From Azolla caroliniana (taxonomy: Eukaryota > Plantae > Polypodiophyta), in the NCBI GenBank assembly GCA_043228905.1, contig JBHGNT010000083.1, forward strand, positions 1 to 64,000: DNA of 64,000 bases. The letters run 5' to 3'. Each line of letters opens with the position of its first letter. Within the stretch, counting starts at the first letter, position 1. The position numbers and the translations under genes are program-made. The notes beneath the pieces were generated by a model that worked only from the letters and a program-made list of their open reading frames with translations, made no database searches and was not told the origin of the DNA. Positions 25,583 through 38,660 of the stretch are shown here, piece after piece.

Positions 25583-28500
25583 TTACACATCCGTAGGTCC
25601 CTTCGGACCCTTACCGTTTTCCTTACGGTTTGCCGTGTCTTCCTTCGCCTCTGCTACGGGTTCCCCGTCGTCTTTTTCTTCCAGCCGTATCGTTCCCGGT
25701 ATAGTGCCGGTGGGCTGCATAAACGGGTTACTTGGCATCGGTCCTTTATAGGGCTTTAGTCTAAATCCGTTCACCCACTTGCCTAGTACTTCACCGGCAA
25801 GTGTCCCTATCTGATAGGACCCGTTGTATTCCCGTGTCAGCCAATACGGGCCTGTCCATCTAAACCGGAGTTTACCCGGCATCTTGCCCATCCTCGTTTG
25901 GAATACTAGAACCGGTTTTCCGATTTCGAACATCTTTTCGTTACCTTTCCGGTGACGGTCAACGAACGCTTTTCATCGTCGTTGCTCCAGTTCCATGTGT
26001 AGGATGCTGGCCAGCCGTTGCTCCTCCAGTTCGCATAGTGCTGCTAGCCGCATTTCCTCCGACTTCTTTTCATTCAGCCGTTCCCGTAGTTGGATCCGTA
26101 AGCTTGGTACCTGAAATTCCACCGGCATGACCGCCTCTAAGCCGAACGCTAACCGGAACGGCGTTGTCCGGATACTTGTTTTGTATGCCGTTCGGTACGC
26201 CCATAGCGCGCTATGGAGCTTTGTATCCCAGTCCGTTCGGTTTTCGTTGACGATTTTGCGGAGAATGTTCTGCAGCATTTTGTTGGTGGACTCTGCTAAC
26301 CCGTTCGCCTGTGGGTAGTACGGTGTGCTTCGTTTATGGACCACGGCATAGAACGTTGTTAAGCTTTCCACTACCTGGCCGAGGAAGTGCCCTCCTTGGT
26401 CGCTGATTAATTCAATCGGACACCCATATCGGCACCAAATGTTTTCGTACAGGAATTTTGCTGTGGATGACGCGGTGTTGTCTCTCAGGGCCTTAGCTTC
26501 CACCCATTTAGTGCAATAATCCGTTGCCACGATGACATAACGATTACCCGTTCTCATTGCCGGTGGCTTGAACGGTCCGACAAAATCCAACCCCCACTTC
26601 TGGAATGGCTCTAGTGGAAGTACCGGTTGGTGTGGCATCCGTGCTTGCTCCGTAGGCTGGCCCATTCGTTGGCATAGGTCACATTCCTTAGCATACTTGA
26701 CGGCGTCTTTTAACGTCGTGGGCCACCATAAGCCGCTCTGCCATACTTTCCTTGCCGTCGCTTCCCCGGCATAGTGTCCTCCGGCAACCCCACAGTGTGC
26801 TTCTCGTAAGATTACTTGTTTCTCGTCACTACGGACTGCCCGTCTCCATATTCCATCTGCTCCTTTGTGGTAGAGAGTGTCCCGTAACAGACAGAAATTG
26901 CGGCTCTGCACCGCCAGTCGTTTCCTCTCGTCCCGGTTCATTTCCTCCGGTGGCAGGCCCGTGCTTAGGAACTGGTGCATGTTTGTCAGCCACCTATCTT
27001 CTGATGCCACCGTGTCGTCCGCTGCCGTTTCCGGGGTGATACGGAATAACTCTGCGTCCGGGAATTCATCCGCTACTCCGTCGCCTGATTCTCCGGACTC
27101 TAACCGGCTCAGATAGTCTGCTACGGCATGCTGGATACCGGGCCGGTGGAAGATCTCGAATTCGAACTCTTGCAACAGCAAGGTCCAACGGGCCAACTTA
27201 CCGGTCAGGGACGCCTTGGACACTAAGTACAGGAGCGCCGAGTGATCCACATGAAAGGAGAACTTCCTTCCCAATAGGTAATGACGAAACTTTGTGACAC
27301 TGTAGATCATGCCCAGGGCCTCCCGTTCCGTCGTTGAATAGTTCTTCTCCGCTTGGGACAGCTTCCGGCTGGCGTAATATACCGGCCGGTACCATTTGGG
27401 CTCCGTAAGTTGCATTAAGGCGCTGCCGATAGCGATGTCGGAAGCGTCAACGAACACATGAAATTCCTTGCTCCAATCCAGAGGCTGGACGACGGGTGCT
27501 TGCGACAAAAGTACCTTCAGGGCGTTGTATGCCTTGTCCTCCGTATCCGTCCATTGGAACGGTGTCCGGTGTACCGCGGTGTGTAATGGTGTAGCCAAGT
27601 CAGCCAAGTGACGGAGCATCCGGCTGTGCCACCGGATCTGTCCTAAGAATCGGCTTAGTGCTTTGGCCGTTTTCGGTGCCGGTGCCCCTAGTATCGCGTT
27701 TACTTTGTCGGGGTCGACCGCAATGCCCTCCTTACTTACAATGTGTCCCAGCAATATTCCACTTGAAACTCCAAAGATGCATTTTGCTGGGTTTAAGCTT
27801 AGCCGGTATAACCTACACTTTTCAAGGCATAACCGTAGGTGCTGCAAATGGTCTTTTCCCCGGCTATAGACTGCAAAATCATCCAGGAAAACCTGCATGA
27901 AGGCAGGAATGTATTCGCCGAAGATCTCCATGATGATTCGCTGGAAAGTTGCTGGTGCCGTTTTTAGGCCAAACATCATTACTTCGGCCACAAACACCCC
28001 CCATTCGGTGACGAACGTTGTCTTCTCCTGGTCATCAGGGTGCATCCGAATTTGATTGTAACCGCTGAAGCCGTCTAAAAAGCTATAAACTTCATGGCCG
28101 GCGACGACATCCAGTACTCCATCCGTGAATGGAAGAGGGAATGCATCCGTAATTGTGGCGGCATTTAGTTTCCTGTAATCTACACACACGCGGATTTTAC
28201 CGTTCTTCTTGGGTACTACGACGATGGGGCTCAGCCACGTCGCTTTCTTTACCGGCCGGATGAAGCCCACTCTTAGGAGTTTGTCGATTTCCTCCTTCAC
28301 TTTGGCGGCGTAGTTGGGGTTCATTCGGTAACGTCTTTGCGCCACTGGTTTCGCGTCCTTGCCTAAGTGGATCTGATGCTGATATAATTGAGGGTCCAGC
28401 CCTCGCATGTCTTCGTATGACCAGGCGAATACGTCGCGAAACTTCGTGAGAAGTTTGATCATCGCCGCTTTATCTTCCGGCTTCATTTCTTTGGCGATGT

Positions 28501-31453
28501 GTACCGGCTTTGATTCGTCCTTGCTTCCTAGGTTCACTTCGTCGAGCTGGGATGCTTTTACCCGTTGGGAAACGGCCATTTCCCGTTCCAACGCTTCCTG
28601 TGCTTGCCGTAATTCCCGAATCGCATCTTTGTCTGGTTCGGCTTCGGTTTCGTCCCGCTGCGGCAAGTATGGCGCTACGGCTTCAGCCACGTCTATCTCG
28701 AAGAGTGGTACGATCTTCGGGTGTTCCTCCAAGTACTGGGCTTCTTCGTCGTCTGCCAACCCTTCCAGCATGTTCACGCATTCCGCATATAGCGGTGTGC
28801 ATTCCTTACCGTTGCTCGTCCGTGGTTGTGTCGGAACCCGGACCTTGGCTTTTCCGCGCCGGAAGGTAATCATATTTTTCCGCCAATTTTGCTTGATGTG
28901 TGTTGTTTTCAACCATGGTCTGCCTAGCAACAGTGGGTACGCGCCTTGCGCCTGTAGCTGCAGCACTACCGCCGAGATGTGAAATGTGTGGCCTCCTATG
29001 GTGACTTCCAATTTCCGTATTAAGCCCGTCGGCCGTACAGAGCTCGTATCCGCCATCCGTAGCCAGAACGGACATGGTTCCCATTCATGTATACCCAAGG
29101 CATTACACGTGTGGAGGCTTATTACGTTCACCCCGGAACCTCCATCGATTACTGTGCCGGGAAGTTCGTGCCCTTTGACAATAGCTGTGATCACCGGACT
29201 ACTAGTGTCTACCACCGTCGGTCCCTCCTCCGGGTTCGAGAAGAGGACTGGTGCCGGTGGGGCTATACCGTCTGTCATGCCCGTTTTTAGTCCTTCCGTA
29301 AATCGCGGCACGAGCTGCAAGAGTCTTCCTAATGGCAACGTGATCTGACATTCTTGCAGTGCTTGCCATGTCTCGTTTTCTGCGTGGCCAGCGCCGACAC
29401 TCCCTATGGTATTCGCCTTTTGCCGTTCCGCGTCCGCGACATTCCTTTCATTGGCTTTCTTTACCCATTCCGTCGCCTGTTTTCGTATGGCCTCTTGTGT
29501 TTCCCACTCTTTGGCCATGCCTTTCGACCGTGTGGTTACTTGCTGTAAATCCGCCACTTCCGGCATCACCATATTAACTGCTGGTCGTTTATCGTAGCTC
29601 TTTGTCGGGCACTGGTTACTATAGTGGCCTTCCTGCCTGCAGTAATAGCAGTACTCTTTACGGGTATTGCTGGATTCAGCTTTGCTGGTATCCGGAGTCG
29701 GTCCCGTAGTGAGTGGTGCGTTCTGTGCCGGTTGGCTCCTTGGGGTTCCCTGTTCCGGGTCCCTAGTGTGACCACCTTTCTTGAAATTACGTTTCTTATT
29801 ATTCTTATTTTTATTTCGGTAGTCCGGTCGTGGTGGATCTTAAAATCGGCCGTAGTCCTCCTGGTGCCTTCGGTAGCCAGGGGAATGGTCTCTGTCGTAT
29901 TGCTCGTGTCGTCTGTTGGGCTCCCGATAACGGTCCGATCGCTCATACCGGTCGTAGTTATCACGGCGATTCCCGTATCGGCCATCATTCTCTTGCCTGT
30001 CTCCGTACCGGACATCCTGTACCGGTGGGTACCGGTTCATTCTTTGCCAACGATCGTCATCTTCGTCTCGGTTGCTTCTTGGCTCGATCCGTCGGACGGG
30101 TGGTGCTTGTCGGTTTAACAGGTTATACTCGCACCGGTCCGTTGTATGACTCTTGGATTGACAAATCACACACTGGGTTCGCATGGTGCACTCCACTGCC
30201 GAATGTCCGGCATTCAAGCAGATTGTGCATTGAATTGCCTGCCGGAACCGGAGATCTTCCTCGGTGGGTAACGCCCGTTGCAGTGTTCCCAGCGTAAGCC
30301 ATGAGCTTGACTTTTCCATTTCTCTGACCCGGTCAATGACCTGGTCGATGGTGCATCCTCGAAATTCGATCACCGTACACACCGTGCGTAACGGTTCCCG
30401 GAGTGCGTTTAAAAATATCGTCCGTAATTCCTCCTCCGGGGGTGCACGGGCAAGCTGGCTATGCATTCGTTGGAAACGGATGACGAATTGGGGAATGCTT
30501 TCCCCTGCCTCCTGTCGGATCGTATAAAACAAGCCCACCATTGTCGTCTGGTCGACCTCCTTGTGGAAAAAATGCAAGAATTTTGCTTTTAATTCTGCAA
30601 AGGTTGTGATGGTCGCCGGGTCCTGCGTCCGCCGCCATCGTGTCGCTGGTCCCTCCAACGTGACTCCGAATTCCGCTATCTTCGAGCGTTCTTCTTCCTC
30701 CGGTGTCATTCGCTGGGACGTGTGATTTGCCTCCCATGTCTGCTCGAAGTCATGAACATGCGCTTCCGCGTCCGGATCATCGCGATACTTTGAGTATTGG
30801 AACGACATGTCGTCGTCCAGTATTAGGCCGCGGTTTAGTGGCGTTTGTTGATAACTTTCCGGTTTTTTCTCCGGTTCCACTTCCGGTTCTTGTGCCGGTG
30901 CTTTTTCCGGTTCCTTTTCCGGTTCTTCTTCCGGTTCCTTCACCGGCTCTTCTTCCGGTACTTTTGCCGGCTCTTTCGTTGGTGTCGGTGGCTTTGCTTC
31001 TTCCACTTCCGGTGTTGGTGGGTTGACGGCTTCCGTTTGCGGTTCCGGATAGCCCTGGTTGAGCGGTTCCGGTTCTGGAGTCGGCACGGTATCCGACCCG
31101 TCGTCCTCCGGGCCGCCGGGGGTATCGTTACTGCTCCGGTAGTTCGTGTGCACGTTGTATCCCCCTTCGGAATCCGATTCGTAGGCTGAAAAGGCTTCTG
31201 CCTCGTTTTCTCCGCTTGCCATCGCCTCCAGGAGGCGTTCGGTTTCCCGGAGCCTACTTAGACTGCTTCCGTCGTCCTGGTCGCGAGTTTGCCGTAACCG
31301 AAGAGATTCCTCCGCGACTCTCCGGATCTCGTTGGAGAACGAACGATCCGAGCGAATTTCGTGCGCTGATTGCTGGAAAGTCTCACGCCGTCTTTGCCGT
31401 TCGGCGAGGCGTCGAGCTCGGTCTGTAACCAAGTCGTGCGTTGGTCTAGTCAT
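25583..31453 (-). pseudogene. Element E gag-pol, a single frame with two in-frame stops (TAA 29840-29842, TGA 25973-25975)
   Basis: ORFs starting at 31453, 29572 and 25933 are all in one frame. Three CCHC knuckles, PR VIDGGSGVN, RT FLDD, RNaseH FVDAS, integrase HHCC/DDE, WTGPY. Confidence 0.92.
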
Positions 31454-33618
31454 CCATTACCATCGTTCGCTGCGAGAAAGCAGGAATCGTGGTCGCCAAA
31501 ACTGTGTTATTCACTGACCGGACAAGGCCTAACACAAGGTGTCACGGAGACACTTCACCAAAGGGTGATTACGGCATAGGATTAAGATTCAACGATTACA
31601 ACGACTTCCATAGGTTACACGATTAGAGTGCTTTAGTTAATTACACGCGTAAGATATAACAGTAATTACAGAACGGAAATCAAGACAGAAGTATAAACAT
31701 CATAAGCTCTATTAATTATCCGCTGTGATTACAATGGGGTCCGGGCCTTTAAATAAGTTTCCGGCCCTTAGTACAAAACGGTGCCTCTCGCACCTATTCG
31801 GGATCCGTCCGGATCTGGAACGGCATACCGTTTCCAGTCCGTCCGTCCACACTATGCTTATTACAACCATACTTAATTAATTCCTTCACTCCGTATTTTT
31901 GGACTCCTTGCCGGCCGGTAACACGTGCGTGTAGAAGGGGCAGGACCACGGCGGTCTCGGACGAGGGAGAAAGGGATGCCGAGAAAACCAACTCCAGACA
32001 CGACCCGAAGGCAACCGAGCACGAGAGACAGAGAGAGAAAGAGCATGCGCGCAACACCGACTCGTATACACAGAAAGCAAAAGGGGCTAAGCTCCCAGCA
32101 CCTCCGAATACACCAATATGAACAAACTGATATGATTGTATGTATATTACAAAGGGGAAAGATACAACCCCGGCTTCAAGCCGGGCTACGCTCAGAAGAA
32201 AAGAAGTTAACCGAACAGCTTTGCCACCATAGCTGCGGCACCCGACTTCCCAAGAAGGAGAAGAAGAAGAAAAGAAAACAGGAAGTTACTAACCCTAGGA
32301 ACTCTTAACAAAAGAAAGACCCTCTACAAAATGGTATACCCTTACGACTCAAAATGGGCAACCCTTTCAAAAGGGACCCCTCCCTTCCTTTTATAGCCCA
32401 AGGAGGGAGAGACGTTACAATGTCGGACAAATACTCCCCCTTTATTCTATACACCGTTTTCCTGCTATACATGTGCACATGTTGCACACCACCGACTTGC
32501 CCTTTCCACCCCGGTTTCACACCGTAGCCGAAAATCTTCACGACAACGTAATGGGATACTCCCTCGTATCCTATCTGCGTATAAGGGAAATGGCTACAAC
32601 CAAGCTCCTTGGGAAAGTGCACTAGTATCCACACTTATGCCTACACCCTTATTATTAACAGTACGCAACAAAGAACAAAGACACAATAGATAAAAAAACC
32701 ACAAATATGCACAGAACTCCGAGAAGATAGCACAAAATTGCTTTATCTTTGAAATTAGTCATAAATATATATTCAAATGGGATGAAGGTTTGAACTCAAG
32801 GGAGTTACATAGCTAGCAAAAGGTACTGGGGTGTAGGACGACAATGAATGAGTGTAAACGTTATGGCCTGAAAATCAATGGTGCGGACTTTCTTAGCTCA
32901 AAATCCATGGTTTATTTAGGCCTGGTATCTAGCCGCATACCACTCGGAATGCACTCATGTACCTACTACCAATCTTATACAATAGATGCAAGATTACAAA
33001 AATCAGTAACCCACTACCTAATACCAATTTTGATTAAATAGAAATGTAATGCCCTTGCCTTTGGATCTGTTGATCTCAAAATCTAAAATATAGCATGAGG
33101 GTAAATTTTGTGGTACCAGATGCTATTTTATGTTCATATGTTGACCTTTGATGTGGTTGCCTCTGGTTAAGACCCCTCAAACCATTCTTTTCTTAATGTA
33201 AATGTTCGTTGTTTATCATTGGTATTTTGATTCGTAATTTTGGTGTCATGCACTTATGATCTTTTATCTCTTTAGGTGTTTTATTCTTGGGCAATTGATG
33301 ATCAATCCAGGAAGGTGGGGCAATTGTTTAATGACCATATTGTTAGTTTGATTTCGACTTTCTTTGTTAATGTTTGAATGATCATTTTTTAGTGTTTTTT
33401 TTTTTATGTTAGCTATATCGTTTAGTAATATTCAATCTGGTTTTTGATTGATTGTTTGTCAATGTTTAAACAGTGATTAATTGATAGGATGTTCAATTTA
33501 ATGTTTCATCAATCATTCGTAGATATTCAATTTATAATTTAATTGATATTTTATGTAACACTAATTAGTTGTGAGTTTTATTAGACGATCGAAGATATGT
33601 AATCACTAATTTATTCAA

Positions 33619-34053
33619 TATTAATTGATTGTTATCCATCCAAATTTTTTATCATTACCTATTTCGTTTCGTGGATCATTGCTTGCTTTTATATTTCTTA
33701 TTTATCAATTATTAATTCATTGTTATTGTTTATTAATATATCGTTTTTCAATATTTTATTTGATATTTGTTGATTATTAATTAATTATTAGCGTGTGATG
33801 GTTTGTTGTGAAATCTCATTCATTCTCGCATTTACTGCTTCACGACTTAACATGGATCTCACAATTATATCCACAATTATTAATTGATTGTTATCCATCC
33901 AAATTTTTTATCATTACCTATTTCGTTTCGTGGATCATTGCTTGCTTTTATATTTCTTATTTATCAATTATTAATTCATTGTTATTGTTTATTAATATAT
34001 CGTTTTTCAATATTTTATTTGATATTTGTTGATTATTAATTAATTATTAGCGT
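33619..34053. repeat. 176-bp AT-rich direct duplication (33619-33794 and 33878-34053) abutting the large repeat
   Basis: Identical text at offset 259. Confidence 0.9.
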
Positions 34054-37000
34054 ATACTCTTTGCATGGCTAATACCTCTTTGGGCCTAGCACTTGTTTCT
34101 AATATGATGACAAGTTAGGATGTTACGGGTTTCCCCCCCAATTGTTTGGGGAGAGAAAGATAGACACACAATATATTTCACTATAGAAGCCATAAAGACT
34201 TACGAAACCCACAACAATCAAATATGGACTTGTTATCATGAAAACACAACAAAGTCATAGGACACTCACAACTTCTTTTTCACAAATATGATCAAAATCT
34301 AGCTAAGCATTTAACAGGATTTGGTCTCTCTAAGAGCTGCAGGATACAAAAAAGTTTTCATAAAGTGAAGTTCAAAATGGTGCAGCTTCCAGAATCATCC
34401 TTGAGTATAAATCATACACAAAAATCTGGTTCTCATACAACAAGCACACACACAACAAGACTTCATTTCCAAAATTTGCAGAATTTGATGTTATCAAGAC
34501 CGACTCAAAATCAATTCAATTCCTTGAGCAAAAAATAGGAGTATCATCTCTGAACCTCTCTTCTAATATATGTTGCCAAGAATCTTTCTTTGCTCATCTT
34601 CAGCAATTCAGCACACATGAATTTCCATTTCCAAAAGTACAAACAACCTTTGTTTTATATGTACAAGCATTACACATTATATGACTTGTGACCCATTTTT
34701 CCCAAAATTTGTGGTATTGTATGTTATCATGACCGACTCAAAATCAAATCAATTCCTTGAACCAAAAATAGGAGTATATATATTTGAATCATGTCTGAAC
34801 CTCTCTTCTAATATAAGTTACCAAGAATCTTTCTTCGTTCCTCTTCGGCAAATCAACACAATCTTGCCTGTTTCAAGATTGTTAAGTTAGTAAAATACCA
34901 AAACAGCAGTAAAATGATCTATGGGCAGTGCACTTTACCTTAAATAAGGAAATTAGAAAATGGAATGAGAATAATGAGATGAATAAAGTAGGAAATGACA
35001 GATTGCATTAAGAGAGGGAAGAGGAAGTCAAATCACTATCCCAACTCAAAATGCTGTATAAGATAAACAAACAAATGTTTCACATATGGATATGGGATTA
35101 TGACTAATACATATTTGAAACATTGTACCCTGTATCTACCCACTTCAGCATTCCTAAGATTAGGTTAACAGAGGAAAGAGGAAATACCATGTCAAATATC
35201 CCATTCCATTACAAATCACTATTCCTACTAACAATGATGTGTAAGACAATAAATAACTGCTTCACAAATGGAAATGGGATTGTGACTACAATATATTTGA
35301 AATATTGGTGTTCCCTCCTACAAATGTATGTTTACATATGAAACATTTGTGAGCAAAAACCACAGCAAGGAACTCTTAAAGATACATACATAGTTAAAGT
35401 TTATCTACATCTTTTTGAAGGATGCCAGACCATTAGTGTTAGTTACGTTCCACAATCTGAACTTGCAAACACAATGTAACATGCACCAAATTCGCATTCA
35501 CACGATGAGGTCTAATCAGGAACTCTTTAATGAGCCATAAAACCAATAGGGTTTGGAAGCCAAAACGCCTAAGCTAGCCATTACCACAAGGTTCTTCATG
35601 CTACACGAGAGTGTGGACTGGTTTGGCAAGAGTCCTACAGTAGCCATCACTCAATACGCTGTGACTCAGGGTTTGGGGTTTTCCCTTTATAGGTCTCCTT
35701 AACCCCTCCAATAAAGGTTGCATAATCACATGATGGAAGTCAAATTCCTTATTACAGGGGAATTCATGTTCGGGGAGATGCTACGTGTACCCATTTGGAG
35801 GTCTACCCACGTATCAACTGGCCAATGATCCAGAGGCATTTCCTGGTTTCTATTGATTGTTATATTGGGCTTCGTAATCTTCACAATTGTTTTTCTCTGA
35901 TCCATCTATACTCTAAAAGTGCTTACTCTCATGCCGCATTCCCGTCAGCTTCAGATTGCAGGAGCTTTGCTATATCTCAATATCTCTAAGTGTAATAAAT
36001 ATTGTGGTCACTTTACCAAGCTATCCATCATGTCTTCAGACATCTCCTCTCACGTGTGATTTTGGTCAGCTGCAGCCTCTGTTAGCTCCATTCCAGGTGC
36101 CACTGCAAGACTAGCCATTGCATACACCAGAGTTCCCCTGGCAATCCCGCATCCATTCCATTTCTTAGCAGAGATAGCTTCATGCAGGTGGCCACACTGT
36201 CACATCATACATTTGCTAAACTTCAAACAAAATGTGCAATTAACTTAGTCTAGCCCATCTTACATCTGTTGTTCCTGTGTTTCCATGATTGCTTCTTTTG
36301 CAAAACACAAGTCAACCCGTTTCTCAGGTAACTCTTCCTTGAGAAACATCAGCTTGTTTTCGTGCTCTCAGACTGCTCTCAAAAACTTTATTTACTTCTA
36401 CCTTCTAGCTATTACTTTGATTCTATAAATATTTAATGTGCTTTACATGTATGAGTTAATTCATTGAACACATTCATATATGGGTATAAATCAGAAAAAG
36501 AAAACACCTCCTGTTTCTGTTTTCATTTCATTATCAGTTTCCAGACTTCAATACTCATTTCTTCCACTTATATTTCCCCCATTTCCTGTCATACTCAGCA
36601 ACTCTGATCCCAAAACCTTCACCTTAGTAAACAGTTGTGTAGACTGGCATTTCCTTAATGCACTTTACATGTATTAGGTAATTCATTGAACACATTTTTA
36701 TATGGGTATAAATCTGTTAACAAACATCACCTTTTCCATTTTTACTTTATTTACCAGTTCTACAAACTTAGATACTTATTCCTTTCGTTTCTGTTTCCCC
36801 CATTTCCCCAACCATACTTGGTACTTCTGATCCCAAGATCTTCAACTTTGTGAAGCATTGTCTAGGCTGGGATTTGCTTCACTTAGCCTTTCCGCTTCTC
36901 CCTTGATCACATCCTCATTTTCCTCCTCAGAAGCACTAGACACCTCTTTGGAGAGAATCTTCTTCTCTCCTCTATTGATGCCCAAGCCACCATTCATATG

Positions 37001-38660
37001 TGATCGTCTTTTCCATCAAAAACATTGACATTCACATATTCATGAAAATTTCAGATTTCAGTACAATAATCTTTCCTATGTTTGACAAGAAGCAATGACC
37101 TTGAAAGCTCCAAACACACCGTTAGACTGAAAAGAATGTTTTACAAAGAAACCAAAGCTTGGTGTATTCTGGATAAAAATGAGATTTGTGTGCAAACAAG
37201 TCTAATCAAAGTATTTGAAGGTTTACAGCAGATGCATGTACCTATTCTATTATTTCCTACCCTGGAATTACATTAGCTCTTCTTAACAATATTGATTAAA
37301 CACATTTTAAAATCAGTCAAAATTCTTTTTTGTATATGCAAAATAAAGGGATCAAACCTCTAGAAGAAGCACTCTTGGGATGCGCAAAAATAGCCCAAAA
37401 CCAGGAAAAAGTTACAATGTCGGGAAGACTTTAGGAAGCGTCATTACAGTACTCGTTTAACATACACGATTGGGTTGCAGCCTATGTAGAGATGTGTAAA
37501 CCTGTAATTCATAATGATAATGAAACAGCACTTCAACAGGACATACTCATACATAAATCAGCTATACCAGAATTTTTCGTGCAAGTAAGTTTCCCTGAAA
37601 ACCAACATTTTACTGTGATAACTGGCTTTGCAATTTGCAAACTTGCAATCGAACAAAAAACAGCTCCACATTTAAAGGCAATTAAAAGTGTATGATATAT
37701 TAGATATTGAGATCTATCACAAGCATTTCAGACCAATTACCATGAGGAATGAGGCCGATGGTGGGTGGGTCCTGATTAGTAGTTTCTACCATCAATATTT
37801 AAGTTAATTTTAGGGAAAATTTTAGTATAATGTGGCATAACATTATACTTGATACACAAAATATAGTAGCATGTACATATACTTGGCCTAATGGTATTAA
37901 GACCTGATGTCTTTTAAGCACATGATAGTTTATGCTTGACAAAACATATGTCAACATTTTACCTAAAATCCATTTCTACATCTTCTTAATGAGAAAGAGA
38001 AAGCTATTTTCTTTCGATAAAAATACTTCAAATCTCATTTATTCTAGTAAAAGTGCACAAGCTAAAAATACATATGTGTTCTCTTTCTCTCTCGTTTTCT
38101 TTTCCTTTTATTTTATTAAAACAATTCGAATCTATAGACAGTTTACTTTCACTAAAAACATCCAGATCCCATTCATTCCAGTAAAAATATGTAGGGGTGT
38201 TACTTAAGTAAAACCACTTTTATGTAGGAGAAGTACAAATCTTCCATTTGGCCCCTTTTCTATATGGTCTTTGCACAAAATCGATTTAATTTTATGCATA
38301 TTCAGTACTACCATCCATTCCAATATTCATGCAAGCAAACTCCACACAACTCCATGTATTCCTGACTTTTGAAAAGTAAAGTTTAGACACTACCCATGAC
38401 ATAAGCTATAATCAACTGGCATAGACTAAATCACAACTCCCTCCAAAATAACCAGAAATATTCAATCTGAAAAGCATTAGATATTTGTCCCATGATGAAA
38501 GACCTTTTGTCCAAACCCAAAATCAGTCATATCAGAAATCCTAACAAGGCACACAGACGAAGCAAGATACAAAGAGAAATATTTTTTGAGCATTCTGATA
38601 GAGAATATTTATTCACCTTTGAGATAGCTGGCACAAAAGCTTTCGTTGGAGTTAAGTATA
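34052..38660. repeat. Segmental direct repeat, copy 2 (contiguous with the SUVH CDS)
   Basis: Matches 4026-8634. Confidence 0.97.

Larger units (their letters stand above)
22095..31923 (-). mobile_element. Full-length non-chromovirus Ty3/Gypsy element E: identical 419-bp LTRs (22095-22513, 31505-31923), 5-bp TSD CGTGC, PBS tRNA-Arg-like (31489-31498)
   Basis: No LTR differences seen. TSD at 22090-22094 and 31924-31928. PBS tggcgaccac. Confidence 0.97.
22073..32545. mobile_element. Solo LTR D (~640 bp: 22073-22094 + 31929-32545), 4-bp TSD ACGT, split by element E
   Basis: Termini tgtcg...cgaca. TSD at 22069-22072 and 32546-32549. Removing it restores LTR C (ccgtaatacgtaatgggatac). Confidence 0.8.
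20345..32730 (-). mobile_element. Gag-only Gypsy element C: 3' LTR 20345-20814; degenerate gag ~21940-20815; PBS ~21959-21972; 5' LTR 21977-22072 + 32550-~32730 (split by D and E, truncated)
   Basis: The two LTR copies align. Gag with double CCHC knuckle is homologous to element E gag. No pol lies between gag and the 3' LTR. Confidence 0.8.

Noticed and set aside
11376-31579. Numerous 60-210-aa antisense and alternate-frame ORFs over the Gypsy elements
   Set aside because: Shadow ORFs of GC-rich gag/pol sequence with no recognisable motifs.
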